Below are positions 10,407-20,919 of a stretch of 36,158 nt of DNA, one piece after another (the stretch's first letter is position 1; each line of letters opens with the position of its first letter). Below the pieces are notes generated by a model that was not told the DNA's origin, did no database searches, and was given only the letters and a program-made list of their open reading frames with translations. The position numbers were made by a program, and so were the translations under genes. The stretch comes from Asterionella formosa (taxonomy: Eukaryota): contig NKIB01015397.1 of the NCBI GenBank assembly GCA_002256025.1, forward strand, positions 1 to 36,158, written 5' to 3'.

Positions 10407-11045
10407 ATGACAAACAAACTTGTCCTCAACTACAACGATGCAGTCCTTTATTCTTCCGATGTGGCCCTCCTCGAATCAGACAGAGCTTGGCTGAACGATT
10501 CCTGCATCAATTTCTACCTGACAGTTCTTCAGCAGCGCCATGATCCGGCTGCCATCAAATTCATGGATCCCGCCGTAATTTCCTTCCTCATGCATCAGTG
10601 CGACCACGACGATCTGGAAGACTATATCCATGAATTCACAATGCCAACCGACAAGATTATTATTCCTATAAGCGATGGATACACACCGTCGGCAGTGTGG
10701 CCTGGCCGTGGCTCTCATTGGTCGCTCTTGATTATATCAATGCCTCAACAATGTTGTTGGCACTTGGACTCGGTACAGGGGTCATCAAATCACGCATCGG
10801 CATGCGCCGTGATGGACAAATTTGACCTAATCTTGAAGGTTACTCTTTCACTTATCGAGGTCGTGACGCCACAGCAATGCAATGGGTACGATTGTGGACT
10901 GCATGTCTTGTGTGCTGCAGAAGAATTGCCGCTGTGCCAAAATGTCGCCACGGTGGAAGCCATATTGCAACAGCGCGTGGGAACGGGCTTTGGAACTGAT
11001 ATGCGACAAAGAGTATTGAAACAAGTCAGACTATGCATCCAATAG
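10407..11045 (+). CDS. SENP8: NEDD8-specific protease (SENP8/DEN1/NEDP1), Ulp1/C48 peptidase
   Basis: N-terminus LVLNYNDAVLYSSDVALL...WLNDSCINFY matches DEN1. Catalytic motifs GSHWSLL, HLDS and QQCNGYDCGLHV. Single-domain size, 212 aa. Confidence 0.88.
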   Translation: MTNKLVLNYNDAVLYSSDVALLESDRAWLNDSCINFYLTVLQQRHDPAAIKFMDPAVISFLMHQCDHDDLEDYIHEFTMPTDKIIIPISDGYTPSAVWPGRGSHWSLLIISMPQQCCWHLDSVQGSSNHASACAVMDKFDLILKVTLSLIEVVTPQQCNGYDCGLHVLCAAEELPLCQNVATVEAILQQRVGTGFGTDMRQRVLKQVRLCIQ

Positions 11046-11432
11046 TACAAGAAAATTCTAGCTCGAGATATCGACTGAATTGCAATTGGCAGTATAAATG
11101 ATTTCTTCTTGTGGAAAGAAAGCACCTACTCCATCGTTCGATACAAAAATTGGAATCGAACAGGCGCATTGAAGGCAGACTGACTATCTCACATGGAAAC
11201 GCCAGAACAGCAATGTGGTTTTACTAGATGCTGATCTTTCACGGGACCCCTCTCTACTGATAACTGAGAAACTTCAAGTTGCTCGTTAGGCAAAGTGTTG
11301 TGTTGAACCAAGAAATGCTTAGATTCAAGGCAGATAATGCATCGCCTGGAACCCAGGAGGCACGAAGATGGCAGGAATTCATATTCAGTTCTTTTGTCTT
11401 GAGTGAAGGAAACCAATTCCAAAATAGAAGGG

Positions 11433-11990
11433 TCAAGACTCTTCCATTTTATCTTTCCATTGTTTGAGTCTAGAAAGAAGTTCTTTAAATCCAGCCGCAA
11501 AACTGAACGTCACATAGGCCAGGAACGACCACTTGCCAGCTTTTGTATAGAGAGATGACGATGCATCGTCATTATTTGGTCTTTTCTCGATCACTGCAGA
11601 CAGGGCGAAGGAGTTAGCAGCATTATTGACCTCGGATCGAAAGTTGACTGTTTGGGATTTGACCAGTGCTTCGTCCTTTCGTGTCAGAATTTGCTGGACC
11701 TCTACTTTGTTTGTATTCTTCATTGCAACATCCGGAATTACAGTAGCTTGAGCACTTGTTGCCAGCCCCATCCAGAAAGTAGCAGCAATCAGATTGCAGG
11801 GAGCATTTGGGTTTCTAACCAATGTACATGCATCGTCACCTGGGATTATATACCCAAGAGATTTGCAGGCACACGCAATGGGAGATTGAAGTGTAGTGGA
11901 TTTCTTTGTTGATGCCATTTCAATTGCATCGACCAGACTGAAAAAAGGAATTAACCATAGCAAGTATTTATTTGGCCATTTAAACACCAT
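11433..11990 (-). CDS. Hypothetical protein with signal peptide and a C-terminal hydrophobic segment
   Basis: 185-aa ATG ORF. Hydrophobic N-terminus (YLLWLIPFFSLVDA) and C-terminal WSFLAYVTFSFAAGF followed by basic residues. No family recognised. Confidence 0.5.
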   Translation of the reverse strand: MVFKWPNKYLLWLIPFFSLVDAIEMASTKKSTTLQSPIACACKSLGYIIPGDDACTLVRNPNAPCNLIAATFWMGLATSAQATVIPDVAMKNTNKVEVQQILTRKDEALVKSQTVNFRSEVNNAANSFALSAVIEKRPNNDDASSSLYTKAGKWSFLAYVTFSFAAGFKELLSRLKQWKDKMEES

Positions 11991-13084
11991 GATTGATTTT
12001 TATTGTAGTTCTAAATGAAGAAGAAAACAACGAGAGCCGAGGAGTCGTGAACAGTTTTCAATTGATTGCAACGCAATGGCATATATATGTGTGTGTGTGT
12101 AATGAAGTACGTTTAATGTTTTTTCAAATCTTGATGATACTAGAATTACATAGCAATGGACCGGTACACTGATGGCCGCCTGCGATGGCCATCGCTCACT
12201 TGTGCGTCTCGTGATGCATGAGCCAATGGCTAAATCCCCCAACGAACATGACACTGCCACTGGTATGATGCCGTACTTATTTAAAATGTACCGTAGTGTA
12301 CCAGATACCCTGGTACTGCCCATGCACGGTATTCACAAAGTGTGTACCTGGTACTGGTATATTGAAATTATTACTGATGTATGGCAGACGTCGAAGTCGT
12401 AATTCTTATGTGCGACAAAGCAAAAGTTCGCTCCGAAATCATGACGTCAGTGTCACCACACCACCTCACAAAGACATGATGTCGTCATCGTCTGCGGCCA
12501 TTTTGAAAACTAACAATCCGGGTACTCCCAGGTACCGGNNNNNNNNNNNNNNNNNNNNNNNNNNNNNNNNNNNNNNNNNNNNNNNNNNNNNNNNNNNNNN
12601 NNNNNNNNNNNNNNNNNNNNNNNNNNNNNNNNNNNNNNNNNNNNNNNNNNNNNNNNNNNNNNNNNNNNNNNNNNNNNNNNNNNNNNNNNNNNNNNNNNNN
12701 NNNNNNNNNNNNNNNNNNNNNNNNNNNNNNNNNNNNNNNNNNNNNNNNNNNNNNNNNNNNNNNNNNNNNNNNNNNNNNNNNNNNNNNNNNNNNNNNNNNN
12801 NNNNNNNNNNNNNNNNNNNNNNNNNNNNNNNNNNNNNNNNNNNNNNNNNNNNNNNNNNNNNNNNNNNNNNNNNNNNNNNNNNNNNNNNNNNNNNNNNNNN
12901 NNNNNNNNNNNNNNNNNNNNNNNNNNNNNNNNNNNNNNNNNNNNNNNNNNNNNNNNNNNNNNNNNNNNNNNNNNNNNNNNNNNNNNNNNNNNNNNNNNNN
13001 NNNNNNNNNNNNNNNNNNNNNNNNNNNNNNNNNNNNNNNNNNNNNNNNNNNNNNNNNNNNNNNNNNNNNNNNNNNNNNNNNNNN

Positions 13085-13357
13085 GGCACAAACGATGCCT
13101 CAGCTTTCACTTCACAAGGTCGACCTGCCTTGATTAACCTTGCATTACAAGCGTCACAATTTCGCCAGGATGAACTCCCTTGGTTCGAGTTGCCAGCACC
13201 AAGAAAGCCAAAGTCCTCTTTTACTGAGAGCCTCCCATCAGTGGAGACTGTTGTCGGGCGTGTTGCAATGATTGGTGCCTTGGGCTTCATTTTCGGAGAA
13301 CTAACGACCGGTGAAAGCGTATCGGAACAAATAGCTTGTGCAATTACACGATTGTAA
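13085..13357 (+). CDS. Plastid-targeted light-harvesting-like (LIL; HLIP/OHP/SEP-type) single-helix protein; 5' end in the gap
   Basis: DASAFTS cleavage motif (ASAF at 13097-13108), then a transit-like segment, then the chlorophyll-binding helix ETVVGRVAMIGALGFIFGELTTGESVSEQI. Confidence 0.78.
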   Translation, partial: GTNDASAFTSQGRPALINLALQASQFRQDELPWFELPAPRKPKSSFTESLPSVETVVGRVAMIGALGFIFGELTTGESVSEQIACAITRL

Positions 13358-13788
13358 AAAAGCTCCGTCACTTCTTCGAGTTTTTTGTGGTGCGTAGTCG
13401 CACCAAGTCTGTTGCAAGTTCTTCAATTCTTCGAATGGTGATTGAGAAACAAGTTCTCTACACCTCTTGCCATTGAATAGGTAATGTACATAAACAAGAA
13501 TCATTTTCTTTCCATTGTTTACTACAAGTAGAAGGTTGTGACAAAGAATGGTTTTGAAATGCGCGACAATATCCACATGCCAAACGTCATTGTTTTCTAA
13601 AAAATACACTTCTGTAAACAACATATGTGATAAAAAGGTGCGAAGGGTATAGCTAGAGTTACTCGAAAAGCGTCGTCTTACGTAGCTGCTGTGCATATTA
13701 ATTATTTTGCTGATACGATAGGAAAAAAACAAAGCAAGAATGTTGTCGTCGAACCCCACTTGGGCCTCGACAGCTCAAATCTTCCTCT

Positions 13789-15408
13789 CTACTTTCGTCT
13801 TACAATGACCTGAAAGACAATTGCAGCCGCGGCAACAATAGCAGCACCCAAAACAGCATTCTTCAAAGCCTTTTGTGACAAGACCCTGCTCTGTTCATTA
13901 GCAACACGATCTTCAATGCGCTGGATCATGAAAGCCTGCACTGTCTTGAGGTCATTTGGGCATTCACTACGTCGAGTCTTGAGCTTCGCCAAGAGTGCCA
14001 GTTCCTTGGGAGGAGTAGGCAATGGATCCACTGCCATGCGAACTGCATCAGGAAATTTGGCTTCGTGGGCGGTTGCCAATGCGACAGTTGCTGCATTGAC
14101 CATATTCAACTGATGAATAGCATTAACACCAATAGCAGAATGGGGACACAAGACATAGTTGTACTTGTCTCGGTATTCCTTAATTGTCGCCAAGGTCATT
14201 TTTGTATCAGCTCGTGCACTCAAAAAGTCAGATTGAGCTTGTTGCAAGATCGCTCCAGTCAAGGACAATTTCTTTGTCGATTCAAAGTCTTCCATCCACT
14301 TGGCTAGCTTGGTTGAGTCGTGTCCCGCTAAATGAAAGAGGTATCTTTCAAAGTTGGATGACACACATATATCCATGGAGGGACTAATGGTCTCCTCAAT
14401 ATTCAATCGGTGGTACTCACCGCTGGTGAAGAAACGGTGCAAAATGTCATTTTCGTTTGTGGCCACAATCAACTTGCCAACAGGCAACCCCATTTGCTTG
14501 GCATAGTATCCAGCCAAAATATCTCCAAAGTTCCCAGTAGGAACTGAATAGTTGATAGTCGCTAGATGGGGATATTTCTCCGTCATGCGTAGATGTGACC
14601 AAAAGTAATAGGTGGTCTGCGCCAAGACGCGGCACCAGTTGATCGAGTTGACAGCCCCAAGGTTAACAAAATCTCTAAAGACCGGGTCATTAAAGGATGC
14701 CTTCACCAAGTCTTGGCAATCATCGAACGTTCCATCAATAGCGACACAGTGAATGTTGGCATCAGGTACAGTCGTCATTTGACGCTCCTGTATTTCCGAG
14801 ACACGACCATTTGGAAAGAGAATGATACAGTCAATTCCCTTCTTTCCTCGAAGTCCGTAAATGGCAGCGGACCCCGTGTCCCCCGAGGTCGCTCCCAGCA
14901 CTGCCAAACGTCCTCCATTCGACCCAGTTTGTAGGAAATACTCGAAAAAGTTGCCCAACATTTGCAAAGCCACATCCTTGAAGGCAAAGGTAGGCCCATG
15001 GAAGAGTTCCTAAAGATCGACATGGATAGTGAGGTTGTGCTTCGATTCAACTGAATAGCGATTTCCCTGCACTGTTCCATAACTTACCAATACAGCATGT
15101 CCTCCAACCTCAATAATTGGAGTAACATCAGGCGACCGAAATGAATCGCAGGAGCGTCCCACAATATCCACCAGGTTGTCAAGAGGAACCTGGTCGTCCT
15201 TGACAAACTTGCGAATGACCTGCACGGCCAGGTCTTTGAAGGAAAGCGCCTGCCATGCCGCCAACTCCTCTGCAGATACGGTCGGATAGTAATCGGGAAC
15301 GAACAGACCCTTGTCATGGGCCAATCCCGTCATTACGACAGTTCGAAAGTCGAGGTTCTTCTGCCCACCGCGGGTGGACGAGTACGTTACGGATGCTTCC
15401 CCAGACAT
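13789..15408 (-). CDS. THR4: Threonine synthase (fungal/proteobacterial class); 2 exons, 513 aa
   Basis: Exon 1 is 15408-15088 (YSSTRGG...GLAHDKGLFVP), the GT-AG intron is 15087-15010, and exon 2 is 15009-13789. PLP-lysine motif ELFHGPTFAFKD, plus ATSGDTGSAA, NSINWCR, VPTGNFGD and SPSMDICVSSNFER. Confidence 0.96.
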
Positions 15409-17389
15409 GATAAAGACGCGAGTGTATGTGATGTCTCAATGGCAGAGGCAAGGGACTGGATTCAAAGATAGCTTCACTCGTTGTTGTGGTGCTTTTCGTT
15501 CTTGTTCAAGGTGTGGCTGAGTGAAACGAGACGTTTGCTTATTTTTAAGTCACCACAGATTCGATTCTAATGGTAACAGGTCCTACATGCACATAAGCTA
15601 ATACGGAGTCGTACATAAAAAAATGATAGGCGGAGGAATGACCACAAAATGCCTTCGTATGTGTGGCTGAACGCTTCACGGGTACCGGTACTACCGCCCG
15701 GTATATCAGAAATGCCTACCGTACCGGTATGTAGGATGTGGACAAGCGACATCAAATAACATCAAATACAAATAATAGTACCGGTAGTGGCTAGACATTT
15801 TCCAAATATGTACTAAAATAAGGAGAAGCAAGAATGATCAGCCAGGAGTCATGTCATCCTATATATACCGTATTTGTAGGTTTCATTCATAGATAGTTGC
15901 TGTCTTGTTGCGTGGCTGAAAACTCCCTCCTCCGTCATCTGGATGCCGTAGGCGAAGATTCGACATTTGTCAGGCTTGTCAGACTGTGTCTGTTAGGCTG
16001 TTGATGTTGACAGGTGTCCGAAGACTAGATGAAGTCTGAGGAATGTCTAAATGGAATTCAAAATCAGTGGCTCGAAATAATGATTGATTTATAATTCTTG
16101 ATTTATCTGTTTACAATAGGCATATCATCTTTGTCATGATGTTGCCACTACTATCAGTACCGGCAAACACCATGTTCCAAGAACATGCATGCTTATATAT
16201 CGACACATAAAAACCATTCACAAGTAAAGTAAATTTTATCAGTTCAGTAAACAAACAGGATTACATGATGCTATGAATAGTAAAGATGTGTTCTGGAATG
16301 TAGACAAGGATGAGTATGTATATTCTAAATAGATGTGGCTCCCAGATAGACACTGCAGATTGGAATGGACAAAGTGGCTAGTTCCAACAGCAATGCAGCA
16401 ACAAAACTGGGAAGATGCCAAAAATAAGCATCTGATTACAAAAGGATCAAAGAAGCTCAGAGAGTTGAGGCAAAGGTTGGGGTAGTTGACACTCAGAATC
16501 ATTAATGGAATAAAAATTACACATCCCAACAAAGACACTTTGGAAATAATCCCAGAGTAGAAAAAATTTCAACACACCGAAACATCTCGACACAGCCAAC
16601 TCTGTTTAAGTTCGACTTTGAAATCGTCTGCAAATGAAAACCTATATATTCCTATGACACATCATAGGATTATGATCATCTGATCATTATTATTCGTTAT
16701 ATCATCTATTAACTTTGATAAATGCCCTTGTAATTTAAAAAGTAACCCTATCAACACTGTATATTTGATTATATTATGTATTGTTTCTATTAAGTTCCTT
16801 AATTTAAATTTCTTGGTAGGATAATGTACCAGCCAGCTGAAGCAATGTGGTTTGGTTCATCATCTTCTTCAGTCCTCACTCCGATTCTTGCAACAACGAC
16901 AAACAGCCATGTCGAGAGGAACGAGTGTTTGTGATAAAATCTTCATTTGTCATTCAAGTCAGCCATCAGATGTCCTCAATTAATCATCATCTACAGTGCA
17001 CGGAATGTTCGTATGCAATCTTTTAAGAGCTTGAAAAGAAATACAATGAAAAAGAAATGGCTCATCACACAAGACGAATATTTCCGGTCTATCAGCCACT
17101 GCTGGAGCATCGATCAGTGTTACAACCTCAATCATAGTAAACAAGCAACAGCAATTATAGAACAGCAAAATCTACTTATTTGTTACCTCTACAACGCCGA
17201 TTACTGGTACAGCTGCAAGAAAAAAAGGCTAGTCAAATATGATCACCCAAATTAATTATTTTGGTGGCTCAATATGATGAATTTGGCTACATACATAATT
17301 TAAGGGTATGATATCACATATTAAATGTGATACATCACATAATATATATGTTAAGAGTGAACTAAAATAGTTTTGACAACTTCCATAGT

Positions 17390-17602
17390 TATTTTAGAAA
17401 CCCACATAATTATTGGTTTGATCACATAATTATTCGATAAATGAAGTAAATTTTGTTTGAGAACACATGAATTTTGGTTTGACCCAAATAAATTCCAAAA
17501 AAGTAGCATAAGTTTTTAGAAAAGTAGCATAAATACGTCACTTTAGACATAAATTTGAAAAAGTGACGTAAACGGCGTCTTAGACGTACATTGTCTCTCT
17601 AA
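17390..17602. repeat. Degenerate ~20-21 bp tandem array with an 11-bp inverted repeat; possible DNA-transposon subterminal relic
   Basis: Recurrent units such as GGTTTGATCACATAATTATT, GGTTTGACCCAAATAAATT and AAAAGTAGCATAA (twice). TACGTCACTTT (17534-17544) pairs with AAAGTGACGTA (17560-17570). Confidence 0.45.
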
Positions 17603-19259
17603 CGAGAACATAATACATCTAGAATTGAAACACAGCATAGCAGGCAATACGCACAAAGAAGCAAGAGACTGTCTATGCATAGTAAAAGACCGCTACATCA
17701 GATTTACTTTGTCATCATACTAGTTCCTTGCCTTTGACAACAGGAGCATATTCTTTGATGATGTATCTGTAATGGTTCAATGGATGGCAGCAGTTGGGTT
17801 TAGACACAAAACTCGACAAAAGCACTACTTCGTAGATGTTCATGAAAGGCCAGACACTTTGGCCTGTCGACCACCAGCCAATCTATATTGCGAAAATGCA
17901 CATTTTTTAGATTCAAGTTTCAGTAGTAGTGCAATGTGAAATATTAGAAACCGGAATTCACGTTTTATCTAATCACAGCATTCATTTAACTAGCTAGTAT
18001 TGATTGAGAGGACGCAATAATAGAATGACAAACAAGCGGGGGCAAACACAGAGGAGCCTAATTTTTGTCCCAAATGATCCCAGACCCTCTTGGATGTCAC
18101 TTGCTACAGAAAATGTATAACAGCCGCCATTATCTGTTGACTGTTGCTGTATGGTGCCACTGACCAACACCGCCTCCAGAAATCTCAATGAGTTGCTTGT
18201 TTCTTGACTTGAATGCTCAAGGGATCAAAACCAGTGGAAAAAGCAACAGGAAACTAGCATCATCAAACTATGTACAAGCCTGAGACACCTGACATCAATA
18301 TAGCTACCTTGACTTCATCAATGAAGAAAGTATGATAAGCGGAGCATGTAAGAAAAAATCGGGGTTGAGGTGAGCCATTTTCTTGATGCCAACGTGCTTG
18401 GATGAACTTGCAGGTGAAGGCATTGAGTAACCTTGGCCTGTGCGGCCAAAGGATAAAGAAAGGTCTATGACAAGGGTGGTGAGATATTGTCTAGAAGCAA
18501 AAGTTATCATAGCTAAACACAGTCGAAAATTCGGATGGACAATATATGATGACATACCATGGCTGCTCTTGGCTGACAGTTGCCAAGTCGGTGTAAAAAC
18601 ACAACAAGGGTGCACAAAAGGCAGTCCCATTTTAATCGACTGGCTGATACATAGTTTGAGACTCAGCCACCATTCTGCAATAGGTTGGAATTCGATCATT
18701 GCTTTGTTTGAAGCACAATCAATTCGAATTCTGTCCAGTGAAACAGCCAATGAAAACAATTGTGGCGAAAAAGCGCAGAACAGATCAAGAGATTACAAAA
18801 GAAATTAAAATAACAGGGCATATATGATGCACTGCTCCTTGTGTAGACTAGCTATATTTGATCATTTCCATATTTCATACTAGTATACAGGTGCATGGAT
18901 GACTCCTCCCGCCCTTTCATTAGATATGCAGCCATGTTGCGATAATTCTACAAGACCTATAGGATTGGTATCTGGTGGTCATCATTTCCGCATCAAAATT
19001 TATTTTTAGGAATTCGGATAAAAAGATCTTAAAAATATGATCAAATGATCCTTAACACATGAGCATATTCAGTTTTCCGCTGCACTATTATGGTACTACC
19101 GCCCATGATAAAAGTAATATCCAGAAAGTATACAGTACTACCAGCAGCCAGGCCATATGATTTTTTCGAATGTATATGGTCAATATGTCTATATTCATAA
19201 ATGTATGATTTAGACCATTTGAAAAATTGGTGATTACTCCCGTTTATTAAGGGGCTTAA

Positions 19260-19701
19260 TTAAATCAGCCACTGACTTGTAGGTACAAAAATTGACACAA
19301 AACAAACTGAAAAAATTCAACAGGTTGTGGAAAACTATGAACTCATCATGCATTGTATATATTTGAATTATGTATAATCAAAATTGTTGTTAGTATACAC
19401 AGGATGTTCAATATAATGAGCGTGTTTAAAACTATGCAAATGTTCAACTATATATACATTTTAACTTACAAATCTTTTTATTAAATCAGCCACTGACTTG
19501 TAGGTACAAGCATTGACACAAAACACACTGAAAAAATTCAACAGGTCGTGGAAAACTATGAACTCATCATTCATTGTATATATTTGAATTATGTATAATC
19601 AAAATTGTTTTTAGTATACACAGGATTTGCAATATAATGAGCGTGTTCAAAACTATGCAAATGTTCAACTATCTATACTTTTAAACTTACAAATCTTTTT
19701 A
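19260..19701. repeat. Head-to-tail tandem duplication of a 221-bp AT-rich unit
   Basis: Copy 1 is 19260-19480 and copy 2 is 19481-19701. Both start TTAAATCAGCCACTGACTTGTAGGTACAA. About 12 substitutions by hand alignment (~95% identity). Confidence 0.97.
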
Positions 19702-19738
19702 TGAATGTATTCATGGCTGAAACATTTGAAATCATGTT

Positions 19739-19953
19739 TTCATGTTCCTTGTCATGCATTCACTTTGCTCCTGAAATGAAGGATCATCACACATAATGAC
19801 GCGGATAACGAAAGTGATAACAATACAACACAATGATACTTGTGACAGGCTTAGAAGGAGTGACTACGGAGAAGGGCGGAATTAATTGATGGTAAGTCAA
19901 GAGCAAATGCCCTTCATGTTCCTTGTCATGCATACACTTCCTGAAATGAAGGA
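19739..19953. repeat. Short direct repeat of about 42-45 bp, two copies
   Basis: TTCATGTTCCTTGTCATGCAT...CCTGAAATGAAGGA occurs at ~19739-19783 and ~19913-19953. Confidence 0.85.
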
Positions 19954-20387
19954 GCTTATTGTACGATACCCTTGATCCAATATGCATGATGGTTTTTATT
20001 TGCAGACGATGGGAAGAGAGCATGGGAAACGTATCCCCCCCCCAGGAAGTTGCCCTGTGATTTGATGAATCATCAAAGTCTTTGTATATCATGTGAAGCA
20101 GAGATTAATGTGTAGGCAGACAAATTAGCTACCAATTTGTTGAAGGTACCAGGCCGGTCTGGTAAAACATATTTTTATATAAGAAAAGATTAACAAGCTA
20201 ATCTCGATTACTTGACCTTCCAACAGGAATTCGTTGCAGTATGTACCTGTTGCCGCCATGGCCGGTAGTTTTACAGCCTGACGATCAAATCAATGCACTC
20301 CCACCTTTTCGTCTTACCTGGTACTGTAACAGGGTACCAGGTAACAGCTACCTTTACAAATGAGCGATCATGTGGATCATGTGCTCA

Positions 20388-20810
20388 CACCACAGGAGAG
20401 TGACGTGGATTTCTAAGTCCACTTTCACGTTGTTCTGACAGCGACATGACAGAATCCTGACGTAGGTGCTCTATTCAATTACCGGCTAACAACTTCTGGT
20501 ACCTGGTACTCAGTACCAGTTGCTATTTTAAACCTGATTTGCATAACCACACAAGACAGGGGAGTGACGTGGATATCAAAATCCATTTCACGTAGTTCTG
20601 ACAGAGACCTGACGTAGGCACCCGGTTCACTATTCAATCAAACAAGTGGTGGGACTGTGATTGAAGTAACTTTAACATACATGAAAGAAAAAGAAACATA
20701 GGAAGACCTAACAATTCCTGGTACTGGTACCAGGTAACGGGCGACGGTACTGAAACGGCGAAATGTGTCGTCCCAGTAATGATTCTTTCAGTTCCTGCTG
20801 CTTGACGTCA
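20388..20810 (+). promoter_or_regulatory. Duplicated promoter module with clustered TGACGT (bZIP/aureochrome-type) boxes upstream of the repeat-protein gene
   Basis: TGACGT at 20401, 20458, 20565, 20610 and 20803 (the last is palindromic TGACGTCA). A ~90-bp module is repeated at ~20388-20480 and ~20547-20640. Confidence 0.7.
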
Positions 20811-20919
20811 CCACGTCGGACGAATTGGTTTTTTGGTACCGTAATAAATAAGATGTTTCTCCACATGATTTGCTCACAAACTAACATCAAGCAAACATTA
20901 AAACGAACAAAATACAACA

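Noticed and set aside
16239..17255. Short ORFs in the AT-rich region as transposase or reverse transcriptase
   Set aside because: No DDE, RT, integrase or Rep/helicase motif could be recognised.
19260..19701. CRISPR-like interpretation of the repeats here and at 20980-21480
   Set aside because: There is no repeat-spacer structure and no cas gene. One is a plain tandem duplication and the other is a protein-coding repeat in a eukaryotic gene.
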